Below, one piece after another: positions 8,186 through 16,269 of a stretch of DNA of 32,000 nucleotides. This DNA is from an archaeon GW2011_AR10 (GTDB lineage Archaea > Iainarchaeota > Iainarchaeia > Iainarchaeales > GW2011-AR10): assembly GCA_000830275.1 (NCBI GenBank), contig CP010424.1, forward strand, positions 1,170,001-1,202,000, read 5' to 3'. The position numbers and the translations under genes were made by a program. The notes below the pieces were generated by a model. That model was given only the letters and a program-made list of their open reading frames with translations. It did not search any database and was not told the DNA's origin. Position 1 is the first letter of the stretch. Each line of letters begins with the position of its first letter.

Positions 8186-8859
8186 CCTTGAATCGTTATC
8201 TGCTTGCTGGTTTGATTACTCTCGCAATATTGGGGGTTGTTTTTGGGGCGGTCCTGCTTTTAGATGACTGGCGGGTTTCAGGCATAAACAAAGACCTTGA
8301 AGATTTGAGCATTCAATCAGAGTCCAACAGAGTGCTTTTCTTTTATAACCAAGTTTTTGATCCCGCCGAAAACCCGCGGTTCTGTGAACTAGCCAACTCG
8401 AGCGCTACTCTCCGCTCCAACCAAGGAGACCTGCTTTTTGCAAAACTCGAAAACTATGAAGGCGCCAGTTTCTTTGGCAGTTACAGAATTCTGCGGCAAA
8501 AATACCTGCTTAACCGCATTGAACTGTGGCTTTTTACAACGCTTCAAAACAAAACCTGTGGAAGCAATTTTGTGCCGGTCTTGTTTTTTTATGAATCTAC
8601 TGTTGATTGCCCGGAATGTTTAGTGCAGGGAAACATTTTGGAAGAGCTCCGAAACCAATGCCCAAATGTAAAGATTTTTGCTTTGTCCGTAGATGAAGAA
8701 ATAGATTTAGTGCCTTTAATTCAGTCCCAGTTCAATGTTTCGACTGTTCCTTCCTTGGTTGTGGACAACCAATTTGTTTTTGAATCCTTAACCACTAAAG
8801 AAGAAATCTTAAGAAATATTAAATGTGAAGAAGTCATAGCGAAACGAATAGTTGTTTGA
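8179..8859 (+). CDS. Membrane-anchored thioredoxin-fold protein (CPEC motif)
   Basis: 226 aa. N-terminal TM LLAGLITLAILGVVFGAVLLL. VLFFYESTVDCPECLVQ...STVPSLVV matches a CxxC thioredoxin/glutaredoxin-like layout. Overlaps the GT2 stop by 7 nt. Confidence 0.55.
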   Translation: MVTLNRYLLAGLITLAILGVVFGAVLLLDDWRVSGINKDLEDLSIQSESNRVLFFYNQVFDPAENPRFCELANSSATLRSNQGDLLFAKLENYEGASFFGSYRILRQKYLLNRIELWLFTTLQNKTCGSNFVPVLFFYESTVDCPECLVQGNILEELRNQCPNVKIFALSVDEEIDLVPLIQSQFNVSTVPSLVVDNQFVFESLTTKEEILRNIKCEEVIAKRIVV

Positions 8860-8864
8860 CAAAT

Positions 8865-9005
8865 GGCGTTTTGCAACCAGCCAATAAAAGTTCAAGAATT
8901 AAAGCTGTTCGCTATATAGTAAAAGACATAAGTATTTACACAATAATTGTCTTTTACATATAGCAAGCGACAATAAATGTCTAAATATTAATGTCGCTCG
9001 CTATA
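8865..9005. repeat. Family-1 hairpin modules, cluster D (about 3 modules)
   Basis: Half-module GGCGTTTTGCAAC, then ...GCTGTTCGCTATA, then TAGTAAAAGACAT/GTCTTTTACATATA (8917-8962), then GCAAGCGACA/TGTCGCTCGC (8961-9005). Lies between convergent genes. Confidence 0.85.
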
Positions 9006-9011
9006 GACCAA

Positions 9012-10340
9012 CTAATTCTTCATAATTTCCCTTAGAACGGTTGTTGCATAATTTCCCTTGCCCAAATAGAATGAAACCATTGCCTTTAGTTTTCCTTCAG
9101 TGAATTCGTCTTCTTCAACCGCTTTAAGCTCAAGTTTTTCCGGAAACAATGCTATTTGCTTTCTCGTTCCCTTTGAGGAAACCTCGCTGAATTCCTTAAC
9201 CTGAAACTCCTTCAGCTCAATGCCTTCCTCTGCAAGTGCTTCTCTTTCAATTTCTCCGGGCTTTCCGGAGGCAAGCTCTGATTCAAACCCAAACAAAGCA
9301 GCAGTTGGAATTCCTCCTTCCAAAATATCCCCCTCAATTTCCTTCAGCCCAATTCCTGCTTCAATTCTTTTGTTGATTATTTTGTTGAACAAGTAGCTCT
9401 GGTAAGCGTGCGTGAACATGTAGCGAAGCTGCTTCGGGAGTTTTTTGAATGCTCCCACAAAATCTTTTGGATACTTGCACAGGTGGTGAATCATTGACCT
9501 TTCATACCTGTACTTAACCGGAAAAGCCTTGGTTGCCTCTGAAAAGTTTTTTGTTTCAGCAAGCTGAATGCGGGCATTTTTTATGCTCTCTTCTTCTCCA
9601 GGAGAAGTTGCAGTAAGGTAAAGCATTATTGCTCCCTCAAAATCCCGTTCCACGAGCTGTTTTCCCACGAGGTGTGTTATTTGCCTTATGCCCCCAAAGC
9701 GCTGTTCCCCAAAATAGTTTGCAATGCCTCCCTTCATCTCCTTGAAGCACTGCTCAATTCTTTCCCTAACCTCTTTTTCGCTTAAACCAATTTCCCTTAC
9801 AGTTACCTCAAACTTGTTTCCTTTAAGCATTCCCAAATCAATTCTTTCATCTGCCCATGAGCCAAACCTCAAATCAATGTAGCGGCTGTTGAATTCCTTT
9901 AATTTCCCGTAGTCAGGCGTCCAGACTGAAATGCGCTGGCATGTTATCCCGCGCTTGTCCTTCATTCCGGCAAAGCCAATGCGTTTCCTGCTCACTCCCA
10001 AAAAACGGGTGATTCTCCTTATTGCGTCGTTCAAGTCAAGGTTGAACTTTTCCAGTTCAAGAACAAGGTGTTCTCGTTCCTCGGAATTTTCAGGCCACTG
10101 TTTTTCAAGCTCTTTTTTTTCTATGCCAGCAAATGCTCTGATTTCGCACACCTTTCCATCAGGGGAAATCTCTTCAACCTTGAAATCATCTATGCGCTTC
10201 TTTATCCTTCCCCCTATTCCGGGAGAAAAAGTTGAATAGTTTTTTATTCCAGTCAAAGCAATCACTTCAATGAGAAAAATTAAAACAAAACAAATTTTGC
10301 CCAGTTTAACAGGCAGTTTTGGTGTAATTTGTAACCTCAA
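9012..10340 (-). CDS. truD: tRNA pseudouridine synthase TruD/Pus7 family
   Basis: DDFKVEEI, GFAGMKDKRGITCQ and FGEQRFG motifs. The start is uncertain: the first ~28 residues are hydrophobic, and in-frame GTG (10265) or TTG (10256) are alternatives. Confidence 0.85.
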   Translation of the reverse strand: MRLQITPKLPVKLGKICFVLIFLIEVIALTGIKNYSTFSPGIGGRIKKRIDDFKVEEISPDGKVCEIRAFAGIEKKELEKQWPENSEEREHLVLELEKFNLDLNDAIRRITRFLGVSRKRIGFAGMKDKRGITCQRISVWTPDYGKLKEFNSRYIDLRFGSWADERIDLGMLKGNKFEVTVREIGLSEKEVRERIEQCFKEMKGGIANYFGEQRFGGIRQITHLVGKQLVERDFEGAIMLYLTATSPGEEESIKNARIQLAETKNFSEATKAFPVKYRYERSMIHHLCKYPKDFVGAFKKLPKQLRYMFTHAYQSYLFNKIINKRIEAGIGLKEIEGDILEGGIPTAALFGFESELASGKPGEIEREALAEEGIELKEFQVKEFSEVSSKGTRKQIALFPEKLELKAVEEDEFTEGKLKAMVSFYLGKGNYATTVLREIMKN

Positions 10341-10341
10341 A

Positions 10342-11586
10342 CTATTTGAACCTTAGCATTGCGCCAATTCCGCCGAATGCCCTGTAGAACTGCATTCCTT
10401 CCTGTGTTTCAGTTGAAATTATTTCAACTTCCGCGCCGGTCTGCTGCGCTTTCTCCAGCATGAAGTCAAGGTAATCTATTTCCTCAACTGTTTCAAGCTG
10501 TGGGCTGCCGCACTTGATGCACTTTTCCCTGCCTGGATTGAATGAAAGGCTCTTCGAAACTATTTCCCGGAAGCTACCGCACTGCTCGCAGTGGAACCTG
10601 AAAACGCTCCAGCCAATCTCTTCGCTGAGCAAAAGTGTTGCAACCTTCCCGATTTCAAGCGCTTCATTAACCTCTCGTTCGCCAAAAACAGCCAAGCCTG
10701 TCCTGGCAATTTCCTCCAAGAACTTGTTCACGAGCATTCTTTCTTTCATCATTGCAGTGTCCTTGAGCAGGGTCTCCGAGCGCTGAATCAGCTCGCGAAT
10801 GCCTGAATCATCAGTGTAAGATGTATCAATCTGGCCCAGGATTTTCTTCTTTAGCCTGTGGTCAACAAGGTCCTTTTCCAGAAAATAGTTTTTCGTTACT
10901 CCGGGACCGCCTACAATCACGCCCTTGAGTTTGTCCTCGTATGGAAGAAAAACATCATTCAGTTTCTCGCTGATTCTCTTGTAAAATTCCTGCGCTGCTT
11001 CCTCGCGTAAGTGCTCAAATCTTTTCGCGCTTTGTCCACCGGCACGCGACTTTCCTGCAACGCCGCTGGTAAAACTTCCAGCGATTTCATACTTTTTTCC
11101 AATCAAAACAGCTATTGTTGCCTCATTCTTGTCAATGGTAATCAGCGCGTAAACATCCTTGTGTTCCCCCATTTCTTTCAGTGGTGCAAGATGGAACTCT
11201 GAATCGCACCAGTACAGCTTTGTTTTAAGCTCCAGCGGCGGCTTGATAGTGAACAGCCTTATGTCGGATTTTCCTTCCTGCTCTGAAATGTTTCCAGCAA
11301 AAACAACCAATCCATTTTTTGGGATTTTGAAGTCAATCTGCTTCAGGAAACTGGTTATTTTTCGGAGCGCTCCCTGAACGTTCTTCCTTGTTGCAGGGCT
11401 TTTAATGTTTGAGCTCTGGCTTATCTCTTCACTAAGCTGCCCCATGACAGTGCCGCGGTCAGTGCCTAGGGGGATATACACACTAATAAGTTCAGTGCCC
11501 CGTCCCTTGAATTTTGCGAGCTTGGCTAACTTTTTGTTGAAGATTATTCTCTCAGATTCTGTAACTTCTTCCAGTTTCAATGCCAT
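10342..11586 (-). CDS. prf1: Peptide chain release factor aRF1
   Basis: 414 aa with the NIKS motif (SSNIKSPATRKNV), the GGQ motif (RAGGQSAKRF) and a C-terminal zinc-ribbon-like CEQCG...CIKCG insert. 1 nt upstream of truD. Confidence 0.9.
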   Translation of the reverse strand: MALKLEEVTESERIIFNKKLAKLAKFKGRGTELISVYIPLGTDRGTVMGQLSEEISQSSNIKSPATRKNVQGALRKITSFLKQIDFKIPKNGLVVFAGNISEQEGKSDIRLFTIKPPLELKTKLYWCDSEFHLAPLKEMGEHKDVYALITIDKNEATIAVLIGKKYEIAGSFTSGVAGKSRAGGQSAKRFEHLREEAAQEFYKRISEKLNDVFLPYEDKLKGVIVGGPGVTKNYFLEKDLVDHRLKKKILGQIDTSYTDDSGIRELIQRSETLLKDTAMMKERMLVNKFLEEIARTGLAVFGEREVNEALEIGKVATLLLSEEIGWSVFRFHCEQCGSFREIVSKSLSFNPGREKCIKCGSPQLETVEEIDYLDFMLEKAQQTGAEVEIISTETQEGMQFYRAFGGIGAMLRFK

Positions 11587-11660
11587 GAAAAACCGACCCT
11601 ATGATTTATATTTTAAGACAATAGATTATTATTATTTGTTTAATTTCGCCGTGGTATCCA

Positions 11661-12491
11661 ATGTTTGACATATTTGAGGATTATGCCAGGCAAGCAGAGC
11701 AGGAAGAGAAAAAATCTTCTGATGGTTCTGCAGCAGGTTCTGTTGTTTCCAGCCAATCTTACGGCTCTTATTCTTCAGGTGAAACCATTTATGCAGTTTC
11801 AGTTGGGGGCTCGCTTTTAATTGAACAAAAGCCGAGCAGCTCCCAGATTGCAAAGCTCGCTGAAAAAATCAGTTCGCTTCACCGGGAGGGCTACAAATTT
11901 GCGCTGGTTGTTGGTGGCGGCAAGGTTGCAAGAAACTATGCTGCGTCAGCCAAAGCCCTCGGGGCGAACAACTTTGTGCAGGACGAGTTAGGAATTATGA
12001 TTACCAGGGCAAACGCATTGCTTTTGGTTCAGGCACTTGAAGCAGCTCATGAAGAGGTTTTAACTGATGTTAAGAAAGCAAAGCATGTTTTAGAGCAGGG
12101 AAAAATCCCGGTGTTCGGCGGCTTAATGCCTTCGTTTACCACTGATGCGGTAGCTGCACTGGTAGCAGAAGAGTTAGGCGGGGTTTTCGTTAACTTAACC
12201 AATGTTGACGGCATTTACAGCCTTGACCCCAACAAGAGCCCAAGAGCAAAATTCTTTGAAACGCTTTCTTATGATAAACTGCTTTCGCTTATGAAATTGT
12301 CAGAGTCAAAGCCCGCCCAAAACATTGTGCTGGATTTGCCATGCTGCCTCATTCTAAAAAGGAGCAGAATAAAGGGCATTGTAATGAACGGCTTTGAGCT
12401 TGAAAACTTTGAGGCAATGCTGAAGGGCCAAGACTTCAGGGGAACGGTAATTGAAGAGCCGTACGTTACGGAAGAAGAAGCCGAAGATTGA
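11661..12491 (+). CDS. pyrH: Uridylate (UMP) kinase, archaeal type, with a ~45-aa Ser-rich N-terminal extension
   Basis: VSVGGSLL, LVVGGGKVARNY and TTDAVAALVAEELG motifs of amino-acid-kinase-fold PyrH. The N-terminus KKSSDGSAAGSVVSSQSYGSYSSG is low complexity. Confidence 0.8.
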   Translation: MFDIFEDYARQAEQEEKKSSDGSAAGSVVSSQSYGSYSSGETIYAVSVGGSLLIEQKPSSSQIAKLAEKISSLHREGYKFALVVGGGKVARNYAASAKALGANNFVQDELGIMITRANALLLVQALEAAHEEVLTDVKKAKHVLEQGKIPVFGGLMPSFTTDAVAALVAEELGGVFVNLTNVDGIYSLDPNKSPRAKFFETLSYDKLLSLMKLSESKPAQNIVLDLPCCLILKRSRIKGIVMNGFELENFEAMLKGQDFRGTVIEEPYVTEEEAED

Positions 12492-12876
12492 TGCTTGGCG
12501 CATTCAAGTTGCCCTTTATATTTTCAAACTCTTTTCTTGTCATAGGCGCAAACAAATTTTCACCGATTTTGGAAAACAAAAACCCTTCAGGTGAAACACC
12601 GTAAGTAAACCCTCCCAAAGTTGAAACACCCAACTTAAGGTCTTCCCGATTAAAACCTTTCACTCTTTCAATTTTTGTTCCAACGCCCGAAACTTCATAA
12701 ATCCCGTAAAGCGTGCCTGTTCTGCTCACTCCAATGAGAACGTTCCCAATCTTTTGTTGAACCGCAAATTTTGGCAGTGCCCTAGTGCCTTTTTTCCTTA
12801 CAGCGTTTTTTCCAGGTTTTCTTGCAGCATTTCTTGTGGGCTTTCTTGGCGGCATAAAAAAGAATTGTTCCTTCAC
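12466..12876 (-). CDS. Hypothetical protein with a basic N-terminus
   Basis: 136-aa ORF directly downstream of dph2 on the same strand. Its 3' end overlaps the convergent pyrH stop by 26 nt. No recognisable motif; start uncertain (M1 or M8). Confidence 0.4.
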   Translation of the reverse strand: MKEQFFFMPPRKPTRNAARKPGKNAVRKKGTRALPKFAVQQKIGNVLIGVSRTGTLYGIYEVSGVGTKIERVKGFNREDLKLGVSTLGGFTYGVSPEGFLFSKIGENLFAPMTRKEFENIKGNLNAPSINLRLLLP

Positions 12877-12887
12877 CTATTTAAGCC

Positions 12888-13886
12888 TTAATACAGGACA
12901 TCAAAATTGAAGTCCTCCCACTTCCGTTTCCCGAAAACGATTTCAAGCTCTAAAGGGTTAATTATTGGTTTCTTCCAGTGCTCTGCGTCATCCCCCACAA
13001 TCCTTGTGCAGGCAGTGTTGACAAAGCAGTCAACTTTCACGCCCGCCATGTATTCTTCCCTGACCAAGTCCATTGCAAGCAGGAAAGCTTTTTTTCCGTG
13101 GCCTTCAATCAGTGCCTTGCAGTCCAATGCAACCTGCTTGTATCTTTGCCCGGTTTTAGTTGAAATCAGGATTCCAAAGCTTTCTGCCTCTTTTGCCATC
13201 GCAATTGCAGCGAACCGTTTCCTTGCGTAAAGGTCCCTCTCCTTGCTTAAGTCAACAACTTTTGCGGTGCTTGTGTCAGCAAACAAAACAGGTTTCTTTG
13301 AAGAAAAAGCAATTCCAATCGGGTGGAACAAGCCTTCGCCAAAGTAAAGTATTGCGTCAGCTGAATGCTCAATGCTTGTAACAGCAGTGTAATTGCATCC
13401 AAGGACCTGGCCTCTTTCAGCAATCCTTGGAGAGCCCTCGCCTATTAAAACCTTAAAATTTTTTTCCTCGAGCCTGTTTTTTATTTTGTCAAGCAACGGA
13501 AGAAACTGTGCGTGGGTGCAGAGTGCAACCGCCTTGAACTTTTTTTTCTTCAGTTCAACTTCAACTTCTTTCATGAGCTTCTCAAAAGTTTTGCCGTCAA
13601 CAGTGTCATAGATTGGAATGTGCACTACATTCTTTGGCCTGTGAATTGGAGCATGCCCCAAATGAATCAGCAGGTCAGCGTTCAGCGACTTCATCTGGTG
13701 AAGTGCAAGGTCACAGGCACCAAAAGTTGGGTCCATCACAACAAACACTTCGTTGTTGTTAACTTTCAGTTCCTCAGCAATTTGGGTTGTGAACTGCTTT
13801 AACCCTTCCGGCAGCTGCACCAAAACGGTTTTGGCGTCAGCTTCAATTACTGCCTTTTTTGCTTTGCTCAAGTCAATGTCAAGCAT
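12888..13886 (-). CDS. dph2: Diphthamide synthesis protein Dph2 (2-(3-amino-3-carboxypropyl)histidine synthase)
   Basis: 332 aa. VLVQLPEGLK, FGACDL and three-domain spacing with conserved Cys (GACD, LCTHAQF, NTACTRI) match my memory of archaeal Dph2. Confidence 0.75.
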   Translation of the reverse strand: MLDIDLSKAKKAVIEADAKTVLVQLPEGLKQFTTQIAEELKVNNNEVFVVMDPTFGACDLALHQMKSLNADLLIHLGHAPIHRPKNVVHIPIYDTVDGKTFEKLMKEVEVELKKKKFKAVALCTHAQFLPLLDKIKNRLEEKNFKVLIGEGSPRIAERGQVLGCNYTAVTSIEHSADAILYFGEGLFHPIGIAFSSKKPVLFADTSTAKVVDLSKERDLYARKRFAAIAMAKEAESFGILISTKTGQRYKQVALDCKALIEGHGKKAFLLAMDLVREEYMAGVKVDCFVNTACTRIVGDDAEHWKKPIINPLELEIVFGKRKWEDFNFDVLY

Positions 13887-13925
13887 GAAACCAGCTTGAA
13901 GAATTAATCAGAAAAAACCAGCAGA

Positions 13926-14633
13926 CTATTTCTTTTCCCCTTGCCTGCCCTCTGCTTTTGGCTCGGCCTTCTTTTCCCCGGCTTTCGCTTCCTCTCCACT
14001 CTTCTTCTTTTCTCCCTTTGCTTCCTCAGCGCCCCCAGCCTTCTCTTCCTCTTCCTTTGTTTCAGCCTTTGTTACCTTAATCTTCCTAGGCTTTGAGCCA
14101 ATTGACTTAACATCGGTGTGAACAACAACATCCAAACCAAGGGGCATTCTTGCATTTGCCCTAAGCAACGCGGTTTTAGCGGCTTCAATGTTGGCTTCAT
14201 CCACCAGCACGCTCATCATTTTCTGTCCCGGCCTAACCCTAACGGCTCTTCCAATTACTTTTCCGAAAGAGTGGCTCATTCCAGTGCTGATTCTGTCAGC
14301 TCCAGCTCCCTGAGCCTGCTTGTTTTCCCTCAGCAGCTGGTGGGGGTAAACCCTGATTTTCATGAAGTAGCCGTCCTTACCAAAATTGTTATGTAGAAAT
14401 CTGTTGATTGCTATTCTGCTTGACTCAATTGCGTTGTCCCTTACCTGCACTTTTTCTTTTGCAACAAGGTCAAGGATGTGAGAGAACTCTTTTAACGGGT
14501 TACCCATGTTGAACTGCCTTGTCTTAAGGCCCGGAGCAGCGCCTACATAATTCTTTCTATGCACCTTGACAGCGAGCCTCGTGTATGCCCTGTCCTTGGT
14601 TGAACTATAGCAGTGCCCTGGCCTTAAACCCAT
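13926..14633 (-). CDS. rpl10e: Ribosomal protein uL16 (L10e) with a ~50-aa Lys/Glu/Ala-rich C-terminal tail
   Basis: N-terminus MGLRPGHCYS...AYTR...GAAPGLKTRQFNMGN is typical of L10e. The tail is KAETKEEEEKAGGAEEAKGEKKKSGEEAKAGEKKAEPKAEGRQGEKK. Confidence 0.9.
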   Translation of the reverse strand: MGLRPGHCYSSTKDRAYTRLAVKVHRKNYVGAAPGLKTRQFNMGNPLKEFSHILDLVAKEKVQVRDNAIESSRIAINRFLHNNFGKDGYFMKIRVYPHQLLRENKQAQGAGADRISTGMSHSFGKVIGRAVRVRPGQKMMSVLVDEANIEAAKTALLRANARMPLGLDVVVHTDVKSIGSKPRKIKVTKAETKEEEEKAGGAEEAKGEKKKSGEEAKAGEKKAEPKAEGRQGEKK

Positions 14634-14666
14634 TCAAATCACTGAAGCAATTAAACCCTAAAAAAT

Positions 14667-14758
14667 TATAGCAAAATGCTTGTGTGTTTGAACAAAAACT
14701 GCATTTTGCAACTAGCAAACAGCAAATTAATGCTCAAAAATCAAAGCTGTTTGCTGTA
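14667..14758. repeat. Family-1 hairpin modules, cluster E (2 modules)
   Basis: TATAGCAAAATGC/GCATTTTGCAAC (14667-14712) and TAGCAAACAGC/GCTGTTTGCTGTA (14713-14758). Lies immediately upstream of rpl10e. Confidence 0.85.
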
Positions 14759-14805
14759 GAGCAATCCTATAATACTCTTCAATTGCAATCATTTTTAAGG
14801 CTTTA

Positions 14806-15007
14806 GGTAAACCTTTTAGGAAAAGGTTTGCGAAAAAGTGCCTTCGGCCAAAACCTTTTAAGAAAAGGTTTATCAAAATGGGGCTGCGCCGAAAACCTTT
14901 TTAGAAACCCAAGCAAAATCATAGATTTTGCGGGCCTCGCAAAACCAAGGGTTTTGCAAGGAGTTTTATCAAAAAGTGCCTTCGGCTGAAAACTTTTAGG
15001 AAAACTT
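14806..15007. repeat. Family-2 short-hairpin concatemer, copy J (longest copy)
   Basis: Consecutive hairpins AAACCTTTT-AGG-AAAAGGTTT, GCC-TTC-GGC, AACCTTTT-AAG-AAAAGGTT, GGC-TGC-GCC, GCAAAATC-ATA-GATTTTGC, GCAAAACC-AAG-GGTTTTGC and GCC-TTC-GGC. Positions 14895-14995 align with 18775-18870. Confidence 0.85.
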
Positions 15008-15240
15008 TAACGTGTTACCCGCAGAAAACCACCATTAGGCAGGCGCCTGTAAAGAATGTAAGAGAGAGGGCTCCTTACTTTATCTGCCCTCACCATGCCG
15101 CCACTCCTTGTTCTAACATAGTAACTGCGCAAATTAATGGGGGCTGGCCTGCGCTGCGGCCTAAAATAGGGTTGTGCTGTAGGTCTGGCGAAAGGTTGGC
15201 CTCTCCTAACAGGCTTTCTCGGCAGCAAACGCAATGGCAT
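15007..15240 (-). CDS. Hyper-basic 77-aa ORF (Arg/Pro-rich); coding status uncertain, a structured RNA is an alternative
   Basis: MPLRLLPRKPVRRGQPFARPTAQPYFRPQRRPAP... There is no SD. A TATA-like TTTTATTAA lies about 25-30 nt upstream of the ATG on the minus strand, consistent with either a leaderless mRNA or an RNA 5' end. The segment is visibly more GC-rich than its flanks. Confidence 0.35.
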   Translation of the reverse strand: MPLRLLPRKPVRRGQPFARPTAQPYFRPQRRPAPINLRSYYVRTRSGGMVRADKVRSPLSYILYRRLPNGGFLRVTR

Positions 15241-15303
15241 ATGAAAAGAAAAAGTTCTTTGAAGTTAATAAAACTGATGGTACTAGAATACCTGCACCAA
15301 CTG

Positions 15304-15645
15304 TCAGCGAATCATTTTTTCTAAGCCTGCGTTCTGTGGTGCAAACGGAAACTGCATTTTTTCCGCGGAAGCAGTGCGCTTTTTCTCAAAAAAGGAGCGC
15401 AGTTCCTCCCAGAGTTCTTTTCCCTGCTTTTGTGAAAGCGTCTTGATTATTGTTGGTTCTGGCTGCGCGTATCTAACAAGTACAAAGTCGTTTTCTTTCA
15501 CTGCCTCGTTAAGGCTTGGGTGCACTAAAACAATAACCTGATTTTCGTCCCACATCTCGCACCGTGCCTGAACCGAATTGTCAGCTGAAACAATGCCTTT
15601 GTCTGAGGACTTCAACAGTTTAATGACTTTTCCAAGGTGGTACAT
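15304..15645 (-). CDS. Hypothetical protein
   Basis: 113-aa ORF with no recognisable motif. Confidence 0.45.
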   Translation of the reverse strand: MYHLGKVIKLLKSSDKGIVSADNSVQARCEMWDENQVIVLVHPSLNEAVKENDFVLVRYAQPEPTIIKTLSQKQGKELWEELRSFFEKKRTASAEKMQFPFAPQNAGLEKMIR

Positions 15646-15693
15646 TCAACCAACAACAAATTAAAGTTGAATTGGTTATTTAATGTTATTGCA

Positions 15694-16260
15694 ATGAACA
15701 AAAAAATTGCATTTTTACTGGCCTTAATGGTTTTGCTTTTTGGCTGCCAGCAGCCGCCCACAACAAATGCTGTTGGAGATGAGCCTGATGCGGTTAAGAA
15801 CGGTGAAGCAGACCAAAGCTTGAACAGAGAAGGGCAAACTCCGGAAAGCATAGGAGAAGCGCCACTGCCAGATGATGCAATTGTTCAGGATGACAATTTG
15901 GCTGAAGGAGAGCTTCCATTAGATGATGGCTTGCCTGACTATGTGCCGAGAAACAGTCCATCGGTAAGGTTAACGCTGAACACCATAACAATTTACCTTA
16001 AAGCCGGGGACACAGTAAACGTTTCAGGCACTGGCAGTTACAGTGGAAAAAAGCTAACCGTTACTTTGGATGAAGTGCTTAACCCTGGTGCGGGCTCCAG
16101 CTCATTCAATGCAAGGTTCAGGGTATTAGATGAGGAAAACAGCGAAATTACAACCACTGTTGTTGGGAATGAAACCGAGCTAGAGTTTTTTGACGCTAAT
16201 GGAATGCAGGTAACTTTTGATGCTTTCCTGTTCGTGGAAAGCATTTCAGTGCCTGCCTGA
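15694..16260 (+). CDS. Putative secreted lipoprotein (hypothetical)
   Basis: The internal ATG at 15694 gives MNKKIAFLLALMVLLFGCQQ (signal peptide plus lipobox-like LFGC), followed by an acidic linker. Confidence 0.55.
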   Translation: MNKKIAFLLALMVLLFGCQQPPTTNAVGDEPDAVKNGEADQSLNREGQTPESIGEAPLPDDAIVQDDNLAEGELPLDDGLPDYVPRNSPSVRLTLNTITIYLKAGDTVNVSGTGSYSGKKLTVTLDEVLNPGAGSSSFNARFRVLDEENSEITTTVVGNETELEFFDANGMQVTFDAFLFVESISVPA

Positions 16261-16269
16261 GGTGGTCTA

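Noticed and set aside
14806-15007. Reading GCCTTCGGC units as C(UUCG)G RNA tetraloops
   Set aside because: With the UUCG tetraloop register the next pair is a C-C mismatch. The units fold better as 3-bp GC stems with 3-nt loops, so there is no specific evidence for UNCG tetraloops.
15007-15240. Confident assignment as RNase P RNA or SRP RNA
   Set aside because: Universal motifs are absent on both strands: GAGGAAAGUCC and ACAGAA..GGCUUA for RNase P, and GGAAGGGAGCAAC-type helix 8 for SRP. I could not build convincing long-range P1/P4-type pairings by hand.
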